The position numbers and the translations under genes were made by a program. This document shows positions 47,852 to 58,326 of a DNA stretch of 64,000 nt, piece after piece. Each line of letters opens with the position of its first letter. Within the stretch, counting starts at the first letter, position 1. The DNA comes from Thermovirgaceae bacterium (GTDB lineage: Bacteria; Synergistota; Synergistia; Synergistales; Thermovirgaceae), in the NCBI GenBank assembly GCA_040767805.1, contig JAXGNU010000002.1, forward strand, positions 64,001 to 128,000, written 5' to 3'. The notes beneath the pieces are model-generated. The model did no database searches, was not told the origin of the DNA, and worked only from the letters and a program-made list of their open reading frames with translations.

Positions 47852-49627
47852 CTACTCGGCCAGCAGGCCCACCGCCACGGACCCCAGCCCCGTGTGGGCC
47901 CCCAGCACCGGGCATATATCCATCACGTAGGCAGGTTCCCGCCCCACGATCTCGGCCAGGCCCGAGGCGGCGATCTCGGCCGACGCCGGGGAATGGGCAT
48001 GGACGATGGCGTATTTCCATATCCTGCTTTTTTGACTCTCCCGGGCAACGATGCCCCTGATCCTTTTCACGTTTTCCTCCCAGCCCCGGGTCTGACCCAA
48101 GGACCTGGCGTAACCCTCTTCATCCACGAAGACGATGGGCTTCAGGTTCAGCGCGGACGCCAGGAACCCCTTGACGGGGCTGATCCTTCCCCCCCTGACC
48201 ATGTACTTGAGGGTCCTCAGGCTGATGAAGATCTTCGCCCCGGGGATGCTCCTTTCGACCAGCGAAACGGTCTCGTCATGGCCCTTCCCCTCATTAAGGG
48301 CTTCGGCGGCCCTCATGACCAGGAGCCCCAGGGGTGCGGAGGACGTCCTGGAGTCGATGACGGTGATCTTCCCCCCCGCCTTCTCCGCCGCCGCCCTGCT
48401 GGCGTTCCAGGTCCCGCTGAGTTTCGATGAAATATGCATGGCTATGACGGAATCGTAGTGCTCCAGGAGGAACCGGTAGGTCCTCTCGAAATCGGACATG
48501 GGGGGCTGGGAACTGACGGGGCTTTCCCCGGACCCCTCGAGGAGGGTGTAGAACTGGTCCGACGAGAGGGTCACCCGGTCGAGGTAGACGCTCTCGCCGA
48601 AGGCAAGGCGGAGCGGCACCACGTGGACCTGGTTCCTGTCAAGGTACTCCTGGGGAAGGTCGCAGGTCGAGTCGGTGACGAGGGCCACGGAGTGCATCCT
48701 GTTCCTGCAAACATCGACCTGCCGTCTCATGTCGTCGGCCTTCTGCTGGGTGAGCGACCCGTGTCTCTTGATCGTAAAAAAGAGCCTGTCTGGGGTGTCG
48801 GTATGAATGTGGACCCTCACCTTTTCCCCGTGACCGCCCACGATGAGGGAATCCCCGAAGGGCTGCATGTCCGCCCTGATGCTCCCGATGTCCATCCCTC
48901 GCCCCTGGAGGAGCGCCTCCGTACAATACCTGAAGGCCGGCTCGCCGTTGCGGAAGTTCTCGTGGGTGTGACGGATCGTCGGCGCCCCCGAAAGGAGGGT
49001 GAGGTCCCTGAGATCGCCGCTCTCAAGGAAGGAGACTATCCCCTCCAGGAAGTCGACGAAACCCTGGCCGCCGGCGTCAAGGACGCCCGCCTTTGCCAGG
49101 ACGGGCAATTTCGACGGCGTCTCGCCGAGTGATCTCCGGGCCGTCTCCAACGACCCCGGCAGGATATGGGCGAAATCGTCATAGCGCCTGGAGAGCGCCG
49201 CGACCTCGGAAGCCCAGTCCTCCATGACCGTCAGGATAGTACCCTCCACGGGCTTGCTTAGGGCTTCCCTGGCATAGGGGACAGCCCCCGAGACGGCCCG
49301 GCCGAAGGCCGCCACGTCGAGCTCATCCATACCCTCCGTCCCCTGAGAAAAGCCCCATAAGAACTGAGCGAAAATGAGGCCCGAGTTGCCCCGGGCTCCC
49401 ATGAGGGCCGCGTCGGCCATGGAGGCGCTCGTCTGGGAAAGGGACCGGCTGACGACCGCCCCCTCCGAAACGGATTGGACGGTAGCCGCCAGGTTGGTCC
49501 CGGTATCCCCGTCGGGCACCGGGAATACATTCATGCTGTTGAGGACCCCCTGCCTGGCCCTGATGCTATTGGCGCCGGCGGAAAAACCCCTGTGGAGACG
49601 AGGCCCATCCAGGGTTCTAATCTTCAT
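47852..49627 (-). CDS. DAK2 (FakA-like)-DegV (FakB-like) fusion protein
   Basis: N-terminal NVFPVPDGDTGTN, GARGNSG, KPVEGTILTV, YCTE; C-terminal VTDSTCD, SS.LSGT, GGRI, G.HTG. Confidence 0.9.
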   Translation of the reverse strand: MKIRTLDGPRLHRGFSAGANSIRARQGVLNSMNVFPVPDGDTGTNLAATVQSVSEGAVVSRSLSQTSASMADAALMGARGNSGLIFAQFLWGFSQGTEGMDELDVAAFGRAVSGAVPYAREALSKPVEGTILTVMEDWASEVAALSRRYDDFAHILPGSLETARRSLGETPSKLPVLAKAGVLDAGGQGFVDFLEGIVSFLESGDLRDLTLLSGAPTIRHTHENFRNGEPAFRYCTEALLQGRGMDIGSIRADMQPFGDSLIVGGHGEKVRVHIHTDTPDRLFFTIKRHGSLTQQKADDMRRQVDVCRNRMHSVALVTDSTCDLPQEYLDRNQVHVVPLRLAFGESVYLDRVTLSSDQFYTLLEGSGESPVSSQPPMSDFERTYRFLLEHYDSVIAMHISSKLSGTWNASRAAAEKAGGKITVIDSRTSSAPLGLLVMRAAEALNEGKGHDETVSLVERSIPGAKIFISLRTLKYMVRGGRISPVKGFLASALNLKPIVFVDEEGYARSLGQTRGWEENVKRIRGIVARESQKSRIWKYAIVHAHSPASAEIAASGLAEIVGREPAYVMDICPVLGAHTGLGSVAVGLLAE

Positions 49628-49879
49628 GGGTGCACCCCTTGCTGTCCGGAATCCGGGTATTTCCTCGCGGCAATACCCGGACAAGAATACCAGAAAAAAC
49701 GATCCAGGTCTGTCGAAATGTACTTCCGGCGCCCCCTCCAGGGCGGGGCGAGGATCGCCGGCGAGGTGACGACATCATGTTGCGGATGGGTGAAAAGGCA
49801 TTCCGGAGGTCGGAGATCGTTGACCCTACCCGGTGCCGCCGGCACGGGTTCTTGATCGGGCCCTTCGGGGGCTCCATCG

Positions 49880-50227
49880 CTAGATCGATCGCCGGTATTC
49901 CCTCACCCTTACCGCCTCGAGGAAGGCCATCACCCTTTCGAGGAAGGTCCTCTCCCGGGGGGCGTTCACTATCTCTTTCCAGAAAGCGGCGATGTAGACG
50001 TAGGGGTTTTTTGAAAAGACCGCCCCGCCGCCGTCAGGGCCCTGTCCCTTTTCGGCCTCGGACAGGAGTCGGCTGAAAAATTCCAGGACCCTTTCGAAGG
50101 CTCCCGCGGCCTGCAAAGAGGCGCCACCCCGCCAGGACCCACTCGGTGAAAGGACCTCACCGGAAGCGGCGAAGGATAGCGCCAGGATCAGGACGGCGGC
50201 CGTTGCCGCTAACTTGCGCGGTCTCAT
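49880..50227 (-). CDS. Hypothetical exported protein
   Basis: Signal-peptide-like N-terminus, GGAGG RBS. Confidence 0.5.
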   Translation of the reverse strand: MRPRKLAATAAVLILALSFAASGEVLSPSGSWRGGASLQAAGAFERVLEFFSRLLSEAEKGQGPDGGGAVFSKNPYVYIAAFWKEIVNAPRERTFLERVMAFLEAVRVREYRRSI

Positions 50228-50276
50228 GCCATTACCTCCATGGCTCTAATCTCCGGGAGTGGGCCCAGCACTTCCA

Positions 50277-51014
50277 TCAGTGGCCGTGGGTGAAGACGAT
50301 AAAGGAGGCGAGGGCCACCCCCACCGTGAAAGCCAGGAAGGAGTGGCGTTTTTCGTGCTCTCTCGCCTCGGGGAGCAGGTGCGAGGCCGATACGTAGATG
50401 AGGACGCCCGACACGAAACCGAGCAGCATCCCCAAGACCTCCCCTCCCAGGGGGCTGACGAAGGGGTAGGCGACAAAAGCCCCGAGGGGGGTGGTAAGGG
50501 AGGCTATCAGGAAAGCGTAGACCATGGCCGCCCTCTTTTCCATCCCGCCCTTGATGAGCACGAGGTAGGTGATCGCACCTTCGGCGAACTCGTGGGCCAC
50601 TAGCCCTCCCGCTGAGAGCACGCCCACCAGAACGCTCACCTTGAAGGTGATCGTGTAGACGAGGCCGTCCACGAAAGAATGGATCCCAATGCCCTGGGCG
50701 GCGGTGATCCCGAAGGCCAGGGCCTCCTCGTGGGTGAAATGCCTTATCATCCTGTTGGAAAAGAACATGAAGAGGAAACCCGCCAGGGCCAGGAAACCCG
50801 CGTGGGGATACCTGCGGACGGCCTCGGGCAACGCCAGCATGAGCGGCGTCGTTATTAGGACACCCGCCGCGAAGCACATCAGGTACGCCATTATTTTCTC
50901 CGCACGCTCGCGGTACCTGAAGACCATCAGTATCCCCAGGGCGTTCACGAAGGCGGCCAGGAAAGCGAAAAGGGCTATCCAGCCAAAGGTCCCCGGCAAT
51001 GTATACCCTCCCAA
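50277..51014 (-). CDS. ZIP family divalent metal transporter
   Basis: FAAGVL, HSFVDG, AHEFAEG and HLLPEA motifs. Confidence 0.88.
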   Translation of the reverse strand: MGGYTLPGTFGWIALFAFLAAFVNALGILMVFRYRERAEKIMAYLMCFAAGVLITTPLMLALPEAVRRYPHAGFLALAGFLFMFFSNRMIRHFTHEEALAFGITAAQGIGIHSFVDGLVYTITFKVSVLVGVLSAGGLVAHEFAEGAITYLVLIKGGMEKRAAMVYAFLIASLTTPLGAFVAYPFVSPLGGEVLGMLLGFVSGVLIYVSASHLLPEAREHEKRHSFLAFTVGVALASFIVFTHGH

Positions 51015-51233
51015 ATGACCCGGTTCGATCGTTCCCTATTGTAAATCCTATTCCCTCGCGGGGGAACAAAAAATCTCACCCTGTGACACTACCCTTGCTG
51101 GCTGAGGCCCCCGGCCTCCGCCACCTCCCCCGGGGCGTTTTTTCCCTTCTTGTGCTAGCATCGGGGGACCTTGAACATCCTGGGGTGGGAAAGTCCATTC
51201 CCCGCCGGGTCGGGATCTTGAGGAGGCCGGCCG

Positions 51234-53066
51234 ATGATGGCTTTTACGGGGAAAAAGGAGCGAGGGGCGGGCAATGCCCTTCCCGAGAGGGGAGACCTGG
51301 ATAGGGCCTACCAGTGGGCCCTGGAAGACCTCTTCGAGGACAGGGCTCACTGGGAAAGTGCCTTCGAAGAGGCAGGCCCTCTCATGGACGCTCTCGAGGC
51401 CTTCAGCGGCACCCTGGCATCCTCGCCGTCGAGATTGCTGGAGTGCCTCAAACTGCGCGACAGGCTCGGTGAACTGACCTCCAGGGTATTCGCCTACGCC
51501 CACATGAAAAGCCACGAGGACACCCGGGACCCCGGCGGACAGGCCCTCGCCGCGAAGGCGACCACCCTGGCCGCGGCCGCGGCCCGTTCGGGGGCCTTCA
51601 TCACCCCGGAGATCCTGTCGATACCGGAAGAGACCCTCGCCCTTTTCCTGGAGAGGGAGGAAGGACTCGGGCTTTACCGTTTCTTCCTGGAGGAACTGCA
51701 GCGCAAGCGCGCCCACGTACTGTCCCGGGAGGAGGAAGGGCTGCTGGCTTCCTCGGCGGAACTCGCCCGCACCCCGGAGAATATCTTTTCCATGCTCACC
51801 AACGCCGACATGACCTTTCCGCCCATCCGCGACGAACTGGATCATGAGACACCCTTCTCGGAGGAACGGTTCGGCTCTTTTCTGCAGAGCCGTGACCGGA
51901 GGGTCAGGGAGGACGCCTACAAAAACCTTTACGGCGTCTACGGTCGGTACAGGAACACCCTTTCGGCCTCCCTTAACGCCGCGCTGCGGGTTTCGCTCTT
52001 CTACTCGCGGGCGCGGGGCTTCGGGTCGAACCTCGAAGCGGCCCTTCACGAGGACGATATCCCCCCCTCCGTTTACGACTCCCTCGTGGAAGGCGTCCGG
52101 GAGGGGCTTGACGCGCTCCATCGCTACGTGGCCCTCCGAGGGAGGGTCCTGGGCGTTTCCCCCGTCAGGATGTTCGACCTTTACGTCCCCCTGGTCGAAG
52201 AGTATCGCCGCGAGATATCCTACCCTGAAGCCGTGGGCATGGTCCGCGAGGGGCTCGCCCCCCTGGGGGATGACTACCTGGCCGCCCTCGATGAGGGCTT
52301 CAGCCACCGGTGGGCCGATGTCTTCGAGAACAGGGGGAAACGGGGAGGGGCCTACTCCTGGGGGGCCTACCCGGTCCACCCCTTCGTCCTCCTCAACTAC
52401 GACGGCAAGATGAGAGATGTCTTCACCGTAGCCCACGAAATGGGCCACGCCCTGCACAGGTACTTCTCCGACAGGGAGCAGCCCTACATCTACTCGGGCC
52501 ACCCCATATTCATCGCTGAAGTAGCCTCCACCACCAACGAGGCGCTCCTGCTGGACCACCTTATCCGTTCGGCTCCCGGACGCGAGGAGAGGGTATACCT
52601 CCTCAACTACCGGCTCGAGCAGATCAGGACGACCGTTTTCCGCCAGACCCTGTTCGCCGAGTTCGAGCGTGAGATCCACGGGAGGGCCGAAAGGGGGGAG
52701 GCCCTGACATCGGAGGGTTTCTGCGGGCTTTGGAGGGATCTTAACAGCGAGTACTACGGCAGGTGCGTGGAACTCGACGAGGAAATAGAGATGGAATGGG
52801 CGCGGATACCCCATTTTTATTCGCCCTTTTACGTCTACCAGTACGCCACGGGTTACTCGGCGGCCACGGCGCTCTCGAGGGGGATCCTCGACGAGGGGGA
52901 ACCCGCCGTCCGCCGTTACATGGGCTTCCTGAAAAGGGGGAGCTCAGCCCCCGTCCTGGAGATGCTCCGTGACGCGGGGGTTGACATGGCCGGGCCGGGA
53001 CCGGTGAAAAGAACGGTGGACCTTTTCAGGTCCACCTTGGAAGAACTGGAAGCGCTCCTGGCCTGA
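51234..53066 (+). CDS. pepF: Oligoendopeptidase F (M3B)
   Basis: W.LEDLF, GKRGGAYS, HEMGH, AEVAST.NE and WARIPHFY..FYVYQY motifs. Confidence 0.95.
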   Translation: MMAFTGKKERGAGNALPERGDLDRAYQWALEDLFEDRAHWESAFEEAGPLMDALEAFSGTLASSPSRLLECLKLRDRLGELTSRVFAYAHMKSHEDTRDPGGQALAAKATTLAAAAARSGAFITPEILSIPEETLALFLEREEGLGLYRFFLEELQRKRAHVLSREEEGLLASSAELARTPENIFSMLTNADMTFPPIRDELDHETPFSEERFGSFLQSRDRRVREDAYKNLYGVYGRYRNTLSASLNAALRVSLFYSRARGFGSNLEAALHEDDIPPSVYDSLVEGVREGLDALHRYVALRGRVLGVSPVRMFDLYVPLVEEYRREISYPEAVGMVREGLAPLGDDYLAALDEGFSHRWADVFENRGKRGGAYSWGAYPVHPFVLLNYDGKMRDVFTVAHEMGHALHRYFSDREQPYIYSGHPIFIAEVASTTNEALLLDHLIRSAPGREERVYLLNYRLEQIRTTVFRQTLFAEFEREIHGRAERGEALTSEGFCGLWRDLNSEYYGRCVELDEEIEMEWARIPHFYSPFYVYQYATGYSAATALSRGILDEGEPAVRRYMGFLKRGSSAPVLEMLRDAGVDMAGPGPVKRTVDLFRSTLEELEALLA

Positions 53067-53093
53067 TAGGGTGCCGCGCCGGCGGGTTAAAGG

Positions 53094-54179
53094 TCACTCG
53101 GCGGGGCCGAAAAGCTCGGCGAAGATCTCCTTGACGGTCTCGATCCGCGTGATCTTCGCCACGTTGGAGCCGCAGAAGAAAAGACCCTCCTCCCAGTTGC
53201 CCCGGAAGGCGTCCACCAGGGCCTGGGCTATGCAGAAGGCCTGCCTCTCGGTACGGTAGGAGCAGTGGGAAAGGCAGTTGGCAAAACAGGGCTTGCTCTC
53301 CACGGTCCCCTCCAGGTATTTTTCGATGAAGGGGGAGCGAAGCACCCTTCCCGGGATGCCCACGGGACTCTTTATGATCACCACGTCCTCCTCGCCGGCG
53401 TCGATCAGGGCCTGTTTGAACCTGATGTCGGCGTCCCCCTCCGCGGTGGCCGCGAAACGGGTGCCCATCTGCACTCCCCTCGCCCCCATCGCGAAGACCT
53501 CGTCCATATCGACGCGATCCCAGATCCCGCCCGCGCCGATCACGGGGATATCCTCCCCGACTTCTTCATCGAGGTAGCGGACCAGTCCAGGGATGACCGA
53601 CCCCAGGGAGTAGGCCTCGTCGAAGACCTGCTCCATCTTGGTGACGCCGAGGTGCCCCCCGGCGTAAAGGGGAGTCTCCACCACCATGGCATCGGGAAGA
53701 CGCCCGTACAGCTTCTCCCAACGCCGGATTATCAGGCTGGCCGCCTTCACGGAGCTAACGATGGGAACAAGGGCCACGTCGGGAAAACCCGTGGTCAGCT
53801 CGGGCAGTTTCAGGGGAAGACCCGCGCCGGAGATGATCATGTCAACACCGCCCTCGCAGGCGGACCTCACGTGGAGGTCGTAGTCGGTGAGGGCGACCAT
53901 GGCGTTTACCGCGATGATGCCCCCCTTGGAACTCTTCTTGGCCTCCGCCACATCCTGCCTGAGGACCACCTGGTTGGCCTCGAAATAGTTTCTGCCATTG
54001 TAGATCTCGGAGGCAACCGCCAGGCCGACGCTGGCAATGGTGCCGATGCCGCCCGCCCGGGCGACCGCCCCGGCCAGGCTGGGGCCGGAAATGCGCACGC
54101 CCATGCCGCCCTGGATGAGCGGGTACCGGGGGGTATGCTTCCCGATCTTCAGAACCGGTAAGGGGTTCGCCAATCTCAA
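53094..54179 (-). CDS. Nitronate monooxygenase / FabK-like flavin oxidoreductase
   Basis: IQGGMGV, SGAGLP, AGGHLG, GVQMGTRF, SPVG.PGR motifs and C-terminal Cys cluster. Confidence 0.88.
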   Translation of the reverse strand: MRLANPLPVLKIGKHTPRYPLIQGGMGVRISGPSLAGAVARAGGIGTIASVGLAVASEIYNGRNYFEANQVVLRQDVAEAKKSSKGGIIAVNAMVALTDYDLHVRSACEGGVDMIISGAGLPLKLPELTTGFPDVALVPIVSSVKAASLIIRRWEKLYGRLPDAMVVETPLYAGGHLGVTKMEQVFDEAYSLGSVIPGLVRYLDEEVGEDIPVIGAGGIWDRVDMDEVFAMGARGVQMGTRFAATAEGDADIRFKQALIDAGEEDVVIIKSPVGIPGRVLRSPFIEKYLEGTVESKPCFANCLSHCSYRTERQAFCIAQALVDAFRGNWEEGLFFCGSNVAKITRIETVKEIFAELFGPAE

Positions 54180-54225
54180 CGCTCCTTAGAAAGATTTGAG
54201 TTCATTACAGGGTAACCGGCTCATT

Positions 54226-54882
54226 CTATAGCATAGGCCTTGGAAAGGGTACTGCCGGGGGGCGGGCCCCGTATCTCTTCCGGTATTTTTCGAGTTCCTT
54301 CTTCATATCCTGTGCGCAGAGCCGCACCTTGGAAACGTACTTCCTCCCGGCACGGCCCAGGTACCGGGAAAGGGCTTTTTCCACATCGCCTCCGCAGGAC
54401 TTGAGGTACCAGGAAAAAATGTAGGTTCCGGCGAGGACGTTGTATCTCGGTTCTAACAGGTCATCGGCCGTGTTTATCTCACGGAAAGCCTTGGTCAGCC
54501 CCTTGCGGTGGGCCTTCCAGTTTATCTGCATCAAGCCGAGGGCGTAGCGGGAGCGGGCGTTCTGCCGGACTGTGGATTCCTTGATGATTATCGAAGCTAT
54601 CAAGAAGGGGTCCACGCCGAATTCTCCGGCCGCTTCAAGTACATGGTGGGCGTACTTCGACGCCGTCGGCCTGTCAAGGCTCTTGTTGGCCCGGGTAAAG
54701 GCCGAAACGATGACCTCGGCCTCGAGGTCCCTCGACGGGTTCTCTTCGGGCCAGGTGATCGGCACGGGCACCTCGAACCTGTCATACCTCTCCCCCTCCG
54801 CTGAAGCCGGACCAACCGCCGGCAAGAAAAAAGCCAAGATCAAGGTAAAAGGTAACAGGGAGAGAACCGGTCGGACGCGCAT
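54226..54882 (-). CDS. Lytic transglycosylase (SLT domain), exported
   Basis: I..ES, A.GLMQ, N...G..I and ALSRY motifs. Confidence 0.85.
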   Translation of the reverse strand: MRVRPVLSLLPFTLILAFFLPAVGPASAEGERYDRFEVPVPITWPEENPSRDLEAEVIVSAFTRANKSLDRPTASKYAHHVLEAAGEFGVDPFLIASIIIKESTVRQNARSRYALGLMQINWKAHRKGLTKAFREINTADDLLEPRYNVLAGTYIFSWYLKSCGGDVEKALSRYLGRAGRKYVSKVRLCAQDMKKELEKYRKRYGARPPAVPFPRPML

Positions 54883-55063
54883 CCCTGCCTATCCACCGCC
54901 TTTCCTTTGCCCGCGAGATCGTTGGGTGATCCCAGAGGAAGCGACGGGAAGAAGATATATCAAGCGGGCGGGAATCGCAAGCTTCCACTGACACCCCCCG
55001 AGAATAACGACCGGCGGGAACAAGAACGGCCGCCACTTCGCAGGGCGGCCGTCTATTTCAAAA

Positions 55064-55150
55064 TGGTGCGGAGGGGGAGACTTGAACTCCCACAGCCCGT
55101 AAGCCACTAGGCCCTCAACCTAGCGCGTCTACCTGTTCCGCCACCCCCGC
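55064..55150 (-). tRNA. tRNA-Leu(GAG)
   Basis: Anticodon arm CTAGG-TT-GAG-GG-CCTAG, long variable arm, encoded CCA; downstream hairpin GACGGCCGCC..GGCGGCCGTT. Confidence 0.97.
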
Positions 55151-55220
55151 GTCTTCAAGTTGCGAAAGCATTATATTCAAGACAAAGAGACGCGTCAAGG
55201 AGAACCGCATAAGGGCGGTT

Positions 55221-56147
55221 TTATAGCCCCAGCAACCAAACCCAGATGGGAAGAGAGAACACCGAGAGGGCGGTGCTGAGGGTTACTATTTTTCCGGCGT
55301 GATCATGGTCCATACCCATATTGTGGGCTAGGACGAAGCTGTTGACGGCGGCCGGCATGGCCGAAACCAGGACGACGGCGTTGCGGAGCAGCGGGTCGAT
55401 GGACCAGGCCAGGAGGACGCAAAGGATGAGCGCCGGGCTGATGAATAGTTTGAATAAACAGTCCCTCCAGGTCGATATCACGGCCTCGCCGAGGTTCTCA
55501 AAACGGATGGAGGCCCCAAGCGCGATAAGTGCTATGCCGCTCCCCGTATCGCCGACCATCTTGACGGCGGCATCGAGCCAGTAGGGCAACTTGTCGAAGC
55601 CCATCAAGGCGCCGGCCACGCCCATCAAGCATGCCAGGATAAGCGGATTTTTCAGCAGTTGCTTTAGCGTATCGAAAATGGACCTGGCGTTCGTTCTCCC
55701 CGACAGGACCACCTGGGCCCATGTGACCGAGAAGAAATGATAACCCAGCAGGCCGACGGCGAGGTACAGGGAAACGGCTTCCACTCCCGGTTGGCCCATC
55801 GCTATCATTACGGCCGGGACACCCATGAAGACATTATTCGACCGGATCGAGGTCAATACCGATACGGCGAGCCTCTTCCTGTCGACGGTGAACAGCCTCC
55901 CCAGCGCCAGGGCCACCGCCGGGACGAGGAGGAACGATAGGTGGAGAGCCCAGAAGAGGCTGGAATTGGAGAGAATCTCGCGCCCCACTCCCAGGATGGA
56001 CCTGAAGAGAAGGGCAGGAAGGACGGCCCAGTACAGTATCGAATTGAGGCGGCGGACGGTTCTCTCGTCGAGGAGACCGATGCGGCGAAAAAGGACCCCT
56101 AGCCCCATAACCATCGCTACTGGTAGGACCATCAGGAAAGAAGCCAA
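55221..56147 (-). CDS. AEC (auxin efflux carrier) family transporter
   Basis: LPALLF, SN..FMG.P, KNP.I.A, AL.ALG and MP.AVN motifs. Confidence 0.88.
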   Translation of the reverse strand: MASFLMVLPVAMVMGLGVLFRRIGLLDERTVRRLNSILYWAVLPALLFRSILGVGREILSNSSLFWALHLSFLLVPAVALALGRLFTVDRKRLAVSVLTSIRSNNVFMGVPAVMIAMGQPGVEAVSLYLAVGLLGYHFFSVTWAQVVLSGRTNARSIFDTLKQLLKNPLILACLMGVAGALMGFDKLPYWLDAAVKMVGDTGSGIALIALGASIRFENLGEAVISTWRDCLFKLFISPALILCVLLAWSIDPLLRNAVVLVSAMPAAVNSFVLAHNMGMDHDHAGKIVTLSTALSVFSLPIWVWLLGL

Positions 56148-56238
56148 AATACCCTCCCGTTACCAGAACTTCCCGGGCACCGAAGAAGACGATGCCCGGG
56201 TCGAATAGGAGCCTTTGGACGGCTGGTCCGTGGGGTCG

Positions 56239-56592
56239 CTAGAAGCGTCGCTCCTTGATCCTCGCGGCTTTACCGCTGAGCTTCCTAAGGTAGTAGAGCT
56301 TGGCCCGTCTGACCTTGCCGTGGCGTACCACTTCGATGTGGTCCACGCTCGGGCAATGGAGCGGGAAGACCCTCTCCACGCCCACACCGCCCGAGATCTT
56401 CCTGACGGTAAAGGTCTCCCGGGTCCCGCCGTGCTTCCTCGCGATGACGACTCCTTCGAAGACCTGTATCCTCTCCCTGCTTCCCTCGGTGACCTTGACG
56501 TGGACCTTTACCGTGTCGCCGGCGCGGAAATCGGGGGTTTCCTTTCTCAGGAACCTGCTCTCTATCAAGGCTATCCTTGGATCCATTGCCAT
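56239..56592 (-). CDS. rplS: 50S ribosomal protein L19
   Basis: [20 protein letters not shown] and [12 protein letters not shown] motifs. Confidence 0.98.
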   Translation of the reverse strand: MAMDPRIALIESRFLRKETPDFRAGDTVKVHVKVTEGSRERIQVFEGVVIARKHGGTRETFTVRKISGGVGVERVFPLHCPSVDHIEVVRHGKVRRAKLYYLRKLSGKAARIKERRF

Positions 56593-56622
56593 TACCTCCC
56601 TGTTGAATACTGCCGTGAAATG

Positions 56623-57786
56623 CTAACGCCGGCCGAAAAACCTGTCCAGTAACACGACCAGCCTATCCTGCCGTCTCAAAAGGCTTTTATCGTCCTTGCC
56701 CCCCCTGGGTGGGGCGAGGACCACGTCGGCTCTGACCTTCTCGGCGCCCCCGCCGGTCCCGGGGCCGACCAGGAGGACGACGGGCCTTTCCGAGACGAGG
56801 GCGAGCCTCTTGGCTTCGAGCCAGTGGGTCGAGTCCTCCTCCTCGTCGCCGAAAGCGATAACAAAGGGTTCTCCCTTCTCTCGCTTCCTTACCCACTCCA
56901 GGGCGCTTTCGGCCGAGGACACCACCTTGACCTTCAGTCCCGGGTCACCCTGGAGTTGCCCGCGGTCTTCCGCCACCGGAATGACCAGGAGGGCCTTCTC
57001 ACACCCGAAGGACCCGCAAAGATCGCCGAGGGCTTCCGCTTCTTTCCGAGACACTTCCCCCGTTGCGGGGACAAGTATGACATAAACGCCCCTGTCAAGG
57101 TAGGGCCCAATATTAGCCCTCGCGATGAGGTCAGGTCTCCTGGCCAGGGTCCTGGTGACCGACTGCCGGCGGCGCCAGGAACGGGTCTTCCCGTGATCCC
57201 CATCGGTGAGGACTTCCGGGGCGGGGACCCCTCTCCACGTGGCGGGTCTCGTATAATGGGGCGTGTCCAGCATCCCCCTGAAAAAGGAGTCCTCCTCCAC
57301 GGCTTCTTCCTGGCCTACCACGCCCGGGATGAGCCTGGCCACGGCGTCGATGATCACCATGGCGGGCAACTCCCCGCCGGTCAGGACATAGTCCCCTATC
57401 GATACCTCCAGGTCCACGAAATGCTCGAGGAACCTTTCATCGACACCCTCGTAGCGGCCGCAGACGATCACGAGATGCCCCTTCGTCGCCAGGGTCTCCG
57501 CCAGGGGCTGCCCGAAGACGACACCCTGGGGCCCTGGGTGGATGACGAAGAGCTCCTCCCGGGGCCCGGCCGATCCCACGGCCCTGGCCAGCGGTTCCGC
57601 CATCAGGACCATGCCCCCGCCGCCGAAGGCGTAGTCGTCGATCTGGCCGTAGTGACCGTCGGCATGGTCGCGGGGGTTTACGCAACGGATGCTGATAAGA
57701 CCCTTTTCGACGGCCTTCCCTATGACGCCAGAGGAGGAAAAGGGCTCCAGCAGTTCGGGGAAGGGAGTGACCACCGTCACGATCAT
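56623..57786 (-). CDS. trmD: tRNA (m1G37) methyltransferase TrmD with ~160-aa C-terminal extension
   Basis: DD..FGGG.M, CGRYEGVDER, SIGDYVLTGGE and PHYTRP motifs. Confidence 0.95.
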   Translation of the reverse strand: MIVTVVTPFPELLEPFSSSGVIGKAVEKGLISIRCVNPRDHADGHYGQIDDYAFGGGGMVLMAEPLARAVGSAGPREELFVIHPGPQGVVFGQPLAETLATKGHLVIVCGRYEGVDERFLEHFVDLEVSIGDYVLTGGELPAMVIIDAVARLIPGVVGQEEAVEEDSFFRGMLDTPHYTRPATWRGVPAPEVLTDGDHGKTRSWRRRQSVTRTLARRPDLIARANIGPYLDRGVYVILVPATGEVSRKEAEALGDLCGSFGCEKALLVIPVAEDRGQLQGDPGLKVKVVSSAESALEWVRKREKGEPFVIAFGDEEEDSTHWLEAKRLALVSERPVVLLVGPGTGGGAEKVRADVVLAPPRGGKDDKSLLRRQDRLVVLLDRFFGRR

Positions 57787-58316
57787 CAGTCCCAGAGCCC
57801 CTCCAGCGGCCTGACTTCCATGATCCCCTCTTCCGGCAGGATCCTGAGCACCACTTCGCGCACGGCCGGCATCATCCTGACCTCACCCTGGGGCGTCCTT
57901 ACCGAATAGACATCATGGGCTCCCGTTTGGAGCACCGCCTCCACCTTCCCTATCTCCTCGCCGGTGTCGGCCGAGACAACCCTGAGGCCCACCACGTCAT
58001 CGACCCAGTAACTCCCCTCCGGCAAGGGCACCCTTTCGGACGCTTTGATCATCACGACCCCGCCCTTGAGGGCCTCGGCCCCGTCACGGTCGCCGATCTC
58101 CCCCGTTTCCACGAGGAACAGCCCCTTCGTCTCGTGGAACCTCAGGGACTTTACCGTGAGCGAGGCTATGAGCCGCCCCGCCGGGCGGAAGACCTCCAGC
58201 CGCGCCATGCCGAGGAACCGCTCCGGGAAGTCCGTGAGCGGGAGGACCTTGATCTCGCCCCTCACCCCGTGGGCCCCGAGGACCCGTCCTATGGTCACCA
58301 TCGCCGGTCCTTGCAA
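57786..58316 (-). CDS. rimM: Ribosome maturation factor RimM
   Basis: IGRV.GAHGVRGE.KV, Y..D.VGL.V and TGAHDVY motifs; TTG start after GAGGTG. Confidence 0.93.
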   Translation of the reverse strand: MQGPAMVTIGRVLGAHGVRGEIKVLPLTDFPERFLGMARLEVFRPAGRLIASLTVKSLRFHETKGLFLVETGEIGDRDGAEALKGGVVMIKASERVPLPEGSYWVDDVVGLRVVSADTGEEIGKVEAVLQTGAHDVYSVRTPQGEVRMMPAVREVVLRILPEEGIMEVRPLEGLWD

Positions 58317-58326
58317 GGCTGACACC

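Noticed and set aside
5756..55150. tRNA-anchored genomic islands or prophage at the three tRNAs
   Set aside because: No integrase, no phage genes and no duplicated tRNA 3' ends were seen.
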